A stretch of 64,000 bases of DNA from a virus. Lineage: Duplodnaviria > Caudoviricetes. Made by a program: the position numbers and the translations under genes. The notes below the pieces were generated by a model. The model made no database searches. It worked only from the letters and a program-made list of their open reading frames with translations, and was not told the origin of the DNA. The stretch spans positions 476 through 64,475 of IMG/VR virus record IMGVR_UViG_3300025727_000012; one strand, written 5' to 3'. How positions within the stretch are numbered: position 1 is the stretch's first letter; every line of letters starts with the position of its first letter. This document shows, one piece after another, positions 26,380 to 35,375 of this stretch.

Positions 26380-27951
26380 TTAAGTCTCTAAGACGGCGAA
26401 GTTTGTTGTGATCAAGACTCCCGCTACTGACGCAGCGTTCTGTAATGCACATCTGGTCACCTTGGCGGGGTCAATAATTCCCGCCTCGAAAAAATCAACC
26501 AACTCTCCAGTCGCAAAGTTCATACCAATTTTGGGATCGTTTATGCTTTCTAATCTCTCCAAAACCATAATTGGATCAAGTCCAGAGTTTTCGGACATCT
26601 TTACAATCGGAGCTAAGATTGCACTCTTGACTATGCCAACACCCATCTTTTGTTCTTCGTTGTCGGTCTCAACTTCTAACTCTCTGGCAATCGAAAATAA
26701 TGTTATGCCCCCACCTGGGACTACCCCTTCAAGCTGGGCAGACCGAACTGCTTCTAGGGCATCCTCGATACGGTGTTTCTTCTCAATCATTTCGACTTCA
26801 GTGTGGGCACCTACATTGATTACAGCGATGCCTGATGCTAGGCGGGTTATTCTCTCTTGGATGCGCTGACACTCATCGATCGATTCTTCTTGCTTGATAT
26901 CTTCTTTCAAATTCTCAATCCGCTCGTCCACTTTGCTAGCGGTGCCGTGACCGCCAACGATTGTGGTGTACCCAAGGCCAATCTCAATGGAGTGGGCGCT
27001 GCCGAAGTCAACAAGAGAAGGCGACGAAAGATCGTCACCCTCGGATTTTCTGAAATATTTCGCACCTGTCGCGAGAGATAGGTCGCTCATAATATTTCGC
27101 CTAGTCTCCCCGTACCTAGGTGCCTTGATCGCAGCCACTTTCATAGAACCGCGAATCGTGTTCATTATCAAAGCGGCGAGGGCTTGTCCTTCAATTTCGT
27201 CCGCGACAATAATGAATGGCCTGCCTTCTCTAGCTGCGGTCTCAAGTGATGGTAAGATTTGCTCTACTCGCTCAAGTTTAGAATCCGTTATCAAAAAAAC
27301 CGGGTCTTCATAGCTTGCAACCTTCCTTCTTTCGTCTGTCACAAAAGCGCCGGCGGCATAGCCAGAATCGAATCTAAAACCCTCAACAAGGTCCAGGGTC
27401 GTGTCAACAGACTTAGCCTCCTTGATCGTGATCGAACCGTTCTTTCCAACCTTGTCCACAGCCTCCGAGATCAACTCCCCGATAGTACTGTCATTGTTTG
27501 CTGAAAGGGACGCAATGTGAGCAATGTCAGCTTTACTGCTGATTGGTCTAGAGAGGTCCGCAAGTTTACCCACCACGGCTGCGACAGCTTTATCGATACC
27601 TCTTTTAAGCTCTGTGGCGTTAACCCTGTGGTCAAGCGCCTCGTCTGCAGAAAGAAATATCGCGCCAGCCAGTATGGTTGATGTGGTTGTGCCGTCCCCA
27701 GCCTCAATGTTGGTCCTTGCTGATGCCTCTTTTACGATCTGCGCAGCGACATCCATTACTGGGTCTTCCAAGTCCACGAACCTAGCGACGGTCACGCCGT
27801 CCTTGGTAATGAATGGCTTTTTACCCTTCTCCCTTATAATTACATTTCTACCCTTCGGGCCCAGGGTAGAACCGACGTTCTCTGATAGAATCTTGATGCC
27901 CTCTGATAATTTAGATCTTAACTCGCCTTCTGAACAGAAGTGTTTAGACAT
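26380..27951 (-). CDS. groEL: chaperonin GroEL-like
   Basis: TLGPKGRNV, ITKDGVTVA, AGDGTTT, EGVVPGGG, GIIDPAKV. Confidence 0.97.
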   Translation of the reverse strand: MSKHFCSEGELRSKLSEGIKILSENVGSTLGPKGRNVIIREKGKKPFITKDGVTVARFVDLEDPVMDVAAQIVKEASARTNIEAGDGTTTSTILAGAIFLSADEALDHRVNATELKRGIDKAVAAVVGKLADLSRPISSKADIAHIASLSANNDSTIGELISEAVDKVGKNGSITIKEAKSVDTTLDLVEGFRFDSGYAAGAFVTDERRKVASYEDPVFLITDSKLERVEQILPSLETAAREGRPFIIVADEIEGQALAALIMNTIRGSMKVAAIKAPRYGETRRNIMSDLSLATGAKYFRKSEGDDLSSPSLVDFGSAHSIEIGLGYTTIVGGHGTASKVDERIENLKEDIKQEESIDECQRIQERITRLASGIAVINVGAHTEVEMIEKKHRIEDALEAVRSAQLEGVVPGGGITLFSIARELEVETDNEEQKMGVGIVKSAILAPIVKMSENSGLDPIMVLERLESINDPKIGMNFATGELVDFFEAGIIDPAKVTRCALQNAASVAGVLITTNFAVLET

Positions 27952-28004
27952 GAATACCTCGCTTTCTTTTATTCTACTATAATATAATGTATCTTATCTT
28001 ATTG

Positions 28005-28934
28005 TCAAGAGTCTTGTTGAATCTTTTCTGCTGCACGACTGGTGGCATCCGCCTTGTCTTTGGTTTTAGCAGCTTTTTCCTTGGTTCTATCGTCGTGGCC
28101 ATAGGCCAACTGATCTGCTGAGTTTACCAGGTCTCTAAGCTGCGTAAACAGTTGCTTGAACCTAGTATCCAGTAGTTCAAATATCTGCTTGGTGCGCGGA
28201 ACAACCGAGCCCAACTCCAGTTCATAACTCGGCGTCGAAGAAACGGACGTCAAAGGAACAGAAAATCTTTCCGATTGATTCGAAGGAGTCGGAGTTACGA
28301 ACCCAGACTCCTTCCAACTTTGAGCTACTTCGAGGTTGACATCGAACTCATAAAAGCTAATTTTCTTCCCAGGATATTTTTGAGCTACGATATATTTTAC
28401 ATTAGGGTTTCTCAAGAGGTTCGTATAAGACCCCACTATCTTAGACCCTGGTTTTATGAACTTGACGGAGACTCCTTGTGATCCAAATTTTATGTCAACA
28501 ACGTCCTTTGAAACACCTGAGTCTATTACTTCTCCGTCGAACAGTCTTGCTAGAAATTGCTCAAATGTGTAGCCTCTGGAAGAGGCTCTTGTTGCGCTCT
28601 CTGGGCCTAGGATGTTGTAAATTGTTCTAAGGATCTCTGCCCTTGATACAGCTTCAGTGGTTGAGGAAGGCTCCTCTAAGATGAATTGATTCATTTTCTG
28701 TACGAAGCTTCTAAGGTTCTGTATCGATCCAGGATTGATGTTCTGTACCGCCAACTCAAATCTTTTTAAACTTCTAGGTTTTAGTGCGTCAGAACTCAAA
28801 GTCATCCAGTTCGGATCAAAGACTATCGGCTCGTAGACTATAGAGTTCTGTTCGTCGCTCTCGTTAACTTCACTAGGGTGATTCAGAGCCTCCCTTATCA
28901 AACCCGACAACATCTCAATATAATCACTAGACAT
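28005..28934 (-). CDS. late protein with PD-(D/E)XK nuclease-like core
   Basis: RGYTFEQFLARLF...VVDI...VSVK; N-terminal LIRE/VNE; late box at 28956. Confidence 0.55.
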   Translation of the reverse strand: MSSDYIEMLSGLIREALNHPSEVNESDEQNSIVYEPIVFDPNWMTLSSDALKPRSLKRFELAVQNINPGSIQNLRSFVQKMNQFILEEPSSTTEAVSRAEILRTIYNILGPESATRASSRGYTFEQFLARLFDGEVIDSGVSKDVVDIKFGSQGVSVKFIKPGSKIVGSYTNLLRNPNVKYIVAQKYPGKKISFYEFDVNLEVAQSWKESGFVTPTPSNQSERFSVPLTSVSSTPSYELELGSVVPRTKQIFELLDTRFKQLFTQLRDLVNSADQLAYGHDDRTKEKAAKTKDKADATSRAAEKIQQDS

Positions 28935-28964
28935 AATAAACCTCCTTATACAAAGTAAGTAGTA

Positions 28965-29630
28965 TCAAATAATCTCATCTGCAATGCCAAATTCAACTGC
29001 CTGTTCTGCTGATAAGTAAACATCCACCTGCCGACGAATCATCTTTTTTAATCTTTTAACAGTCAAGTTTGTTTCTGCGGCAAGGCAAGAGATATACTTC
29101 TCTTGAATCCACTTAATCTCTTCGATCTCGTTCTCCATCGTAGTCAGGGTGCCGCCAAAGCCGCCAGCTACGCCGTGGATCATGACCCTGCAGTTTGCGC
29201 CAATCTTTCGCTTACCCTTGGTTCCTGCGGCCAGTAAGAGCACACCTGCGGACATTACCTTGCCCATACCAATCGTGTTGATGTCGCAAACCTCTTTAGT
29301 CATTCTCATCGTATCGTAAACCGAAAACATATCCGTTGCCGAGCCGCCAAACGTAGAAATAACCAAAGAGACGGGCTTTGAGATTCCGATCACTTCAGAG
29401 TCTGGGTTGTCAGGGTCCTTAAGTTCGTACGTAACAGCAGTGTCCTTGAAATAAAATAAAGCCGAGACAGCCTCCGCACAAACCTTCTCAGTAATATCTG
29501 AATAAAGGTTGATCGTTCTAATCTCATCTGCTCTGTTGCCGCCGCCGTCTATGTTGTTGACAATGACAATTTGCTTACTTAGATCTGTTTCTTTGTCTTT
29601 CTTTTTATTTTTTGCGAGTTTTTCTAGCAT
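28965..29630 (-). CDS. clpP: ClpP protease subunit
   Basis: STFGGS, GKVMSAG (catalytic Ser), RVMIH, DVYLSAEQAVEFGIAD; start re-assigned by RBS AAGGAG. Confidence 0.92.
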   Translation of the reverse strand: MLEKLAKNKKKDKETDLSKQIVIVNNIDGGGNRADEIRTINLYSDITEKVCAEAVSALFYFKDTAVTYELKDPDNPDSEVIGISKPVSLVISTFGGSATDMFSVYDTMRMTKEVCDINTIGMGKVMSAGVLLLAAGTKGKRKIGANCRVMIHGVAGGFGGTLTTMENEIEEIKWIQEKYISCLAAETNLTVKRLKKMIRRQVDVYLSAEQAVEFGIADEII

Positions 29631-29910
29631 TGAAAACTTTCTCCTTACCATTCTTTTTAATCTCTACCACTTTACAGTCCAAGCTTTTTGCAAACTTGTA
29701 CCAGTCTTCTCTCTCCTTAAAAAGTCTGGAGAAGATTCTAATATAATCTTTTGTCCTGGGCGAGAAGCCCTCTCCTGACGGCATCCAATGTGAAGCATCC
29801 TTGAAGATCTCATTGACCTCTTTCAAGGTTTTTGATCGCACCTGCACTTTATATGTGTGTTTCGGAGTCGCTTCATCGAATATTTCCCAAGCTACAACTT
29901 CTATAGACAT
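29605..29910 (-). CDS. hypothetical protein
   Basis: coupled ORF. Confidence 0.7.
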   Translation of the reverse strand: MSIEVVAWEIFDEATPKHTYKVQVRSKTLKEVNEIFKDASHWMPSGEGFSPRTKDYIRIFSRLFKEREDWYKFAKSLDCKVVEIKKNGKEKVFNARKTRKK

Positions 29911-29913
29911 TTC

Positions 29914-30309
29914 CTAATCCTTTCTTAAATTAGTTTTTTCTAAGCTGTTTTTAAGCTCCCTTAGTCTAGCATCCGGTGTGGTCTTTGTCAAGTACCTCAA
30001 GGGCCTAAAATACCTCTTCGGGATCGCAACAACGAACTTAGCAAGAATCAAGGTTTTCCACTGCCTTTTGAACAACGCATCGTCTCTACACAGTCTGTTG
30101 ATTTCTTTTTCGTCTGTTGAGGTGTTCTCTAGCCAGCTACGTCGTTTGTTTAGGGCATTGTTGAGGTCGACGTCGACTGCGTCGCAAATGAGAAGGAGAC
30201 AATCATAAACTTCCTGCAAGATGACCCTAGATGTTGATATGCCGAGCACGGTAGATAGGATCTTGTGCAGCAAGGCCCCCAGGAAAAACCACAATGCATT
30301 CTCTAACAT
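29914..30309 (-). CDS. membrane-anchored hypothetical protein
   Basis: N-terminal TM WFFLGALLHKILS. Confidence 0.7.
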   Translation of the reverse strand: MLENALWFFLGALLHKILSTVLGISTSRVILQEVYDCLLLICDAVDVDLNNALNKRRSWLENTSTDEKEINRLCRDDALFKRQWKTLILAKFVVAIPKRYFRPLRYLTKTTPDARLRELKNSLEKTNLRKD

Positions 30310-30342
30310 ATCAGAATCTCTTCTTTTTGTTTCGGGTGCGCT

Positions 30343-31233
30343 CTACTTGGTAAGCTTCCTGACGAGAGCTTCTTTAACAAGCCTCTTGGCTACCTTCGCA
30401 GTGATGCTCTCGATCATTTCTTCGAGTGCTTCTTCGTTAAATTCAGTGGGTTCCTCATCCATCCCCATTTCCGGCTCGTCATCAAGTAGACCCGCTTCTT
30501 CGTCCTCGATCTCCGCTTCCGGGTCCATTTCGTCTCCGGCGGTTGCTCCGTCAGCGGCTGACAAGATTTGGTCGATGACACCTCTTGCTGTTCTAAGAGC
30601 CTCAACATCTGACTCCGGGACGCTGACTTCCGCGTCGACATCTGCGTCGACATCACCGATTTCCAAGTCTCCTCCGTCGAGTTCTGACTCATCTTCTGGT
30701 GCCGTCTCCATCTCGCCCATATCATCTTGTCCTTCAACTTGTTCTTCAAGATCATCTCTTTTCATCTTGGCCATCTCTTCGAGGTCTTCCTCGTTCATCT
30801 TACGCGCTTTGGCAGTTGTAACTGTTGATCCTTTCGTACCAACTTTCTTCGTCGTCGGTTCGTGATCATCGTCATCGGACTTGTCAGAGTAAACACCTCT
30901 GATTCCGCTGCCTTGAGGTGCCTTCATTTCATCTACCTCTTCTTTGGAAGCAACTTCTTCGAGATGCTCAAAGTCTTCCTTGTAGGCGGCGTACTGCTTT
31001 TGAAAATATGCATCATCAAATTTCATTCTTTTGTTCTCTGATTTGAAGAAACCTGGCTTTTGGTCGTCAGGTAATCCTTCTCCGATTGCTCTGACGAGTT
31101 TCATACGGTTCGCTTCGTTGTTTTCCACCTCTTCCTCTTGAATGTAAAAAGGAGATTCGTTAATTGGTCGTAGTCCAGCCAATTTCCAAAATCTTCTAAC
31201 TGTAGCTTCGTTTAGGTTCTTTTTATTGCTCAT
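30343..31233 (-). CDS. acidic low-complexity late protein (scaffold/internal-head-like)
   Basis: LNEA, RRFWKLAGL, INES, Glu/Asp-rich; late box at 31290. Confidence 0.7.
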   Translation of the reverse strand: MSNKKNLNEATVRRFWKLAGLRPINESPFYIQEEEVENNEANRMKLVRAIGEGLPDDQKPGFFKSENKRMKFDDAYFQKQYAAYKEDFEHLEEVASKEEVDEMKAPQGSGIRGVYSDKSDDDDHEPTTKKVGTKGSTVTTAKARKMNEEDLEEMAKMKRDDLEEQVEGQDDMGEMETAPEDESELDGGDLEIGDVDADVDAEVSVPESDVEALRTARGVIDQILSAADGATAGDEMDPEAEIEDEEAGLLDDEPEMGMDEEPTEFNEEALEEMIESITAKVAKRLVKEALVRKLTK

Positions 31234-31306
31234 TGTGGTTTTCTCCTGGTTTTTTCAATAAAAGATTGATGTAATAGTCTTGCACAAGGTAAATAGTCAT
31301 AAATAA

Positions 31307-31561
31307 TCAAAAAACTCCTGTTTTGTTGTCTCGTATCGTCTTAGATAGTTTTTTTAATGCTATCTTTTCTATCTGCCTGACTCTGACAAAGCTCAAACCA
31401 ACTCGCTTTGCCGTCTCATGCAAAGTTAACCCCTTCTCGTTATTGTCGTCGATCGTGATCAAGCAGCAATTCAGATCGTCTTCATAGTCTATCCATTTTC
31501 TACACTCGCTGTTCTGGCAAGGCGTGTTTGTTTGTTTGCAGGATTCTGCACATTCTTTCAT
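31307..31561 (-). CDS. Cys-rich domain + sigma70 region 4 HTH protein
   Basis: six Cys, then LTLHETAKRVGLSFVRVRQIEKIALKKL. Confidence 0.85.
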   Translation of the reverse strand: MKECAESCKQTNTPCQNSECRKWIDYEDDLNCCLITIDDNNEKGLTLHETAKRVGLSFVRVRQIEKIALKKLSKTIRDNKTGVF

Positions 31562-31887
31562 ATATCTGAAAACTCCTCCGCTATTAAATCAAAAATCTCA
31601 TCAGACTCTTCGTCTGTCAGCTTAAAAAGAGCTTTGTTGAACTTGCCCCGCTCATAGATCGAATGAGACTTGTCTATTTTGGCTTTCCCTTGTCTTGCCA
31701 GGTTTCTCTTAACGTCAAGAAAAAACTCCACAATTCTAGGGTCCTTCTCAATGTATCCCGTCACGATGCTTTGGAAGAACTGTAACTGTGTTAGGCCGTC
31801 ATACCTCAGTCTTATTTTGAGGTCTGCGTGACGTTTATCTGTATCAGCAAAGACAACTTTCTTTAAGTTCTTTCCATATTCAGGCAT
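31558..31887 (-). CDS. ribbon-helix-helix-like DNA-binding protein
   Basis: KVVF..T...HADLKIRL...GLTQ..FF. Confidence 0.5.
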   Translation of the reverse strand: MPEYGKNLKKVVFADTDKRHADLKIRLRYDGLTQLQFFQSIVTGYIEKDPRIVEFFLDVKRNLARQGKAKIDKSHSIYERGKFNKALFKLTDEESDEIFDLIAEEFSDI

Positions 31888-32891
31888 TATTTACCAACCC
31901 TACTGAGTATGTGTGTGTTGCTCTCCATCTGCCCAGCAGAAGTTTGGGCGATGAACTGGGCTTTTGCTTGTAATTCTGTGATGTTTCTAGCTCCAGAGTA
32001 GGACAATCCAGACTTTATGTTCCTTGTCAAATTGTCCAGTATCTCAATCACGCAACCTTTGTATGGTATAGTTGTCGAAATACCCTCCAGCGATCTCGCT
32101 TCGCCCCTCCAGTCCTTCTGGGCCTCCACGCTGGCCATCCCCCTGTATACCTTGTATTTCTTGCCGGCGGTGGATTGAAACACCTCACCGGGACTCTGCT
32201 CCGTGCCGGCGAGCATCGAGCCAAGCATAACAAAGTCGGCACCGGCAGCCAAGGCCTTCACTATGTCTCCCGCAGTCTTGACACCTCCATCGGCGATGAT
32301 TGGAGCACCATCCACATCCCTGCAGTTCAAGACAGATTGGAAGGTCGGGACACCGTGCCCTGTCTGTATCCTCGTAGAACAAATAGACCCACCGCCGATG
32401 CCTATGCGAACTGCGTCCGCGCCCCACTCGGAGAGATCCTTATACCCCTCCGGTGTGGCCACGTTACCAGCAATAAGTGTAAGGCCAGAGCCGTATTTAT
32501 CTTTGATAGCCTTTAGGGCCCTCTCGACTAAGACGTGGTGACCGTGAGCGACGTCCAGACAAAAGGTCGTCGTGCCGGTTTCGCCATTAAGAAACTCGAT
32601 CCTATTCATGAAATCGCCTGTGACGCCAACTGCAGCGGCTGCAAAGCTCGGTGTCATTCTTGATTGCTCAACCTCGTCACAGTACCTGTGTGTGATTGCA
32701 AGGTTGCCAAGTTCTCCAAAGATCAAAGACATTTGCAGCCCCGTAACCGTATCCATCGGGCTAGATACTATCGGACTAGCATACATCTTACCAGCTAAGT
32801 CCCTAGACAAATCGACCTCCGAGCGGGACTCGATGTCGCTATATTTGGGGGCTAATAGCACGTCATCAAAACTATGCACCTGATTTTTCAT
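31887..32891 (-). CDS. guaB: IMP dehydrogenase / GMP reductase (no CBS domains)
   Basis: FDDVLLAP, SSPMDTVT, DVAHGH, GIGGGSICSTR, IIADGG, YRGMAS. Confidence 0.9.
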   Translation of the reverse strand: MKNQVHSFDDVLLAPKYSDIESRSEVDLSRDLAGKMYASPIVSSPMDTVTGLQMSLIFGELGNLAITHRYCDEVEQSRMTPSFAAAAVGVTGDFMNRIEFLNGETGTTTFCLDVAHGHHVLVERALKAIKDKYGSGLTLIAGNVATPEGYKDLSEWGADAVRIGIGGGSICSTRIQTGHGVPTFQSVLNCRDVDGAPIIADGGVKTAGDIVKALAAGADFVMLGSMLAGTEQSPGEVFQSTAGKKYKVYRGMASVEAQKDWRGEARSLEGISTTIPYKGCVIEILDNLTRNIKSGLSYSGARNITELQAKAQFIAQTSAGQMESNTHILSRVGK

Positions 32892-33144
32892 TAATCTCCT
32901 CCGCCAAGTCGTTCAAGAACTTTTTAGCACCCTCCCAGCAAGTCGGACAATATAAGTTCACCTTCCCCTCGTTCTCTCTGACCGTGACACTCCAAGAAGT
33001 TACGTGTTCCTTGCTTGTTTTATCGTAAGGTTTGTCGCAAGACAGGCAACTATCAGGAATTTTTTCAAACAGACCCAGTGTCTTGGTCATCTGTTTTTCT
33101 GCTGTCTTCTTTTTATTTCTTCTTAGTTTTCTTGTCACGCTCAT
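32872..33144 (-). CDS. zinc-ribbon protein
   Basis: CLSC...YCPTC. Confidence 0.7.
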   Translation of the reverse strand: MSVTRKLRRNKKKTAEKQMTKTLGLFEKIPDSCLSCDKPYDKTSKEHVTSWSVTVRENEGKVNLYCPTCWEGAKKFLNDLAEEINEKSGA

Positions 33145-33602
33145 GAGCCTGTCGATCCAAGAGCGCCGTCGCCTCTAGATGTATTCTTACTGTATATATT
33201 GTCTTCGGTGACCTCCACCAAGGTCGGCCTACCTACATTTATAAACACGCCCTGTGCTATCTTGGTGCCAGGATTAACAATCTCAATGTCCTTGCCAACA
33301 TTGTGAAGGTTAACAAAAATCTCGCCAGTATAGCCGTGATCGACAACGCAAGCGCCAACCAACAACTGTCTTTTATATGCCACACCGGATTTGTTCATAA
33401 CCTGTAGCATATATTCTGGAGGTACCTCGACCTTAACTCCAGTGCTTAAAAGGGCTGTTCGCCCAGGGGCGAGGCAGACGGCGACGCCATCGATGGGGGC
33501 GAAAAAGAAGTCCATGCCCGCGTCCCCTTCGTGCGCTCGATCTGGCAGCTTTGCTGCTTCTCTCACCCTATAAACATTTACTGTATTTTTACCAACAGAC
33601 AT
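33141..33602 (-). CDS. dut: dUTPase (trimeric)
   Basis: AGMDF, KSG, VVDHGYTGEI, KIAQ, RGDGALGSTG. Confidence 0.95.
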   Translation of the reverse strand: MSVGKNTVNVYRVREAAKLPDRAHEGDAGMDFFFAPIDGVAVCLAPGRTALLSTGVKVEVPPEYMLQVMNKSGVAYKRQLLVGACVVDHGYTGEIFVNLHNVGKDIEIVNPGTKIAQGVFINVGRPTLVEVTEDNIYSKNTSRGDGALGSTGS

Positions 33603-33966
33603 TTTGAATCTCCTCTACAACAATATCAGACATGCCCTCGTCTCTGCTTAAATTAAAGGCGGTGGCTCTGAGTCCAGGTTTGCCTGGGTCCATATCGTTG
33701 ATTAAATATCTCGGTCCTCTCTCAAGTCCCATTATCAATCTATCATATGGCACAGATGTGCCCCACAATTCTTTGATGGTATGATCCCTCAAGTTCTCTG
33801 GTCTAGCCGTTGTAAGAACGATCATATGACCAGCTTCCTTGATTTCTTGAAGCTTCTCCAGTGAGCCAGGCGTAAGCTCTGGTGATGTACTCTCGTATGT
33901 CTCGAACTTACGATACTTGAAGATGGTGCCATCGATGTCGCAAAAAATAGTCTTGTATTTCTTCAT
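33589..33966 (-). CDS. HAD-family phosphatase
   Basis: DIDGT, TTAR, INDMD. Confidence 0.8.
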   Translation of the reverse strand: MKKYKTIFCDIDGTIFKYRKFETYESTSPELTPGSLEKLQEIKEAGHMIVLTTARPENLRDHTIKELWGTSVPYDRLIMGLERGPRYLINDMDPGKPGLRATAFNLSRDEGMSDIVVEEIQNVCW

Positions 33967-34460
33967 TACAGAACCTTCTTTCCATACTTGTTAATCTCTG
34001 TGTTTGTGATGTTGGCTGAGAGGCGCGGGTCCTTCTTGCTAAGAACAGTTGGATACTTCTTTTCCAACTTTGGTAACAAAATATCAAACACTTGTTGTCC
34101 TGATAACTGCCAAGATTCTACAAGCCTTCCGCCCTCGAACCTATTGTAAAAGTGTTCAGGATACTTCGCCAACTTTTCTTCTCTCAAATAGCGTACTTGT
34201 TCTTCCCAACTGTTCTGAACCGATATACCAGTATACGCACCCTTAACCTTGCCGCTGGTAGTGGATTTGTATTCGACTGGCTGCCCTGCGTCATTGTACG
34301 CATCAGCACCTGCAAAGCTCACTGCAACGGTGTGGCCAAGCTCAATCGCGGCATATATCTCTTTAGATCTCGCGTAACTAAACGGGTCGCCCCAATCTTG
34401 AGTCGCGCAAAGCCTAGCCAAGCGCTCATATAAGTTTTTGTACTCCTCGGGAGGTGTCAT
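33966..34460 (-). CDS. putative PD-(D/E)XK restriction endonuclease
   Basis: E...GADA...VEYKST; adjacent to MTase. Confidence 0.6.
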   Translation of the reverse strand: MTPPEEYKNLYERLARLCATQDWGDPFSYARSKEIYAAIELGHTVAVSFAGADAYNDAGQPVEYKSTTSGKVKGAYTGISVQNSWEEQVRYLREEKLAKYPEHFYNRFEGGRLVESWQLSGQQVFDILLPKLEKKYPTVLSKKDPRLSANITNTEINKYGKKVL

Positions 34461-34475
34461 ATTCTATCCTTTTTT

Positions 34476-34504
34476 ATTATATTAGTATTTTTTTAATCTG
34501 TCAA
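34476..34504 (-). promoter_or_regulatory. perfect sigma70 promoter
   Basis: TTGACA-N17-TATAAT overlapping MTase 3' end. Confidence 0.8.
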
Positions 34505-35366
34505 CACTTTTGTCGAAAAATTTCTGGTCTACCTCACACCCTAGGAAGTTTCGTTCCGTTAGCTTTGCTGCAACAGCAGTCGTACCCGAACCAGAAAACG
34601 GGTCCAATACTATGTCACCAGGGTTTGAATGCTTTGCAATCAAGTCCTGAAACAACCGTAAGCTCTTTTGTGTGGGGTGGAACCTATCTTTACCTCCTTG
34701 CAACGGGTACTTGTATATTGCATTGTCATATTTGCTATTAAATGTTGGGCTGCCACCCTTAACACCTAACAGGGCGATCTCCCTACAGTTTGTCAAATAG
34801 TTCCTGGAACTGTTAAGGGGTTGAGGGTTCGTCTTGATCCATTCTAAGAACCTCAACTGTTTGAATTTGTTGCCTTCTAAGATGTCTTTTAGATTCGTCA
34901 CCTTCCACAAATCAAAGAAGATGATGGCCGTGCCGCCCTTTCGGAGAACTCTATAAAACTCACTCACGAACTCGTTCAAGGATTCCATAGTAAACTTAGA
35001 GTCCCAATCGCCGTAGTCTGTAGTGACAGCATATTTCTTGCCGTAAATGCTGCCGTATTTCAGGTAGTTCTGCTTATGTTTTTCAAGTTCAGCTGGCCAC
35101 AAAGACCTGTCATCCTTGAACTTGCTTTTTTCAAAGAACTCCACCCACTGCGGGGCGGTTTTGTAAGAGTCCCAGTCCTCGCTGGTCTTGATGTTCTGCG
35201 ACCCGTCCTTGTCCTGACCCTCGACGTGCTTCACCCACTTGTCCATACCTGTCTCCCTAGACGTGATGTACGGGGGGTCTGTAAGGATAAGATCTACCGA
35301 GTTACTGTCGAGAGTCTTCAGAAACTCCACCCCCTCGCTTAAAAAAATCTCCTGCTTAATTTCCAT
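34482..35366 (-). CDS. N6-adenine/N4-cytosine DNA methyltransferase (beta class)
   Basis: LTDPPY N-terminal, HPTQK, DPFSGSGT C-terminal. Confidence 0.93.
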   Translation of the reverse strand: MEIKQEIFLSEGVEFLKTLDSNSVDLILTDPPYITSRETGMDKWVKHVEGQDKDGSQNIKTSEDWDSYKTAPQWVEFFEKSKFKDDRSLWPAELEKHKQNYLKYGSIYGKKYAVTTDYGDWDSKFTMESLNEFVSEFYRVLRKGGTAIIFFDLWKVTNLKDILEGNKFKQLRFLEWIKTNPQPLNSSRNYLTNCREIALLGVKGGSPTFNSKYDNAIYKYPLQGGKDRFHPTQKSLRLFQDLIAKHSNPGDIVLDPFSGSGTTAVAAKLTERNFLGCEVDQKFFDKSVDRLKKY

Positions 35367-35375
35367 CGGTAGCTC

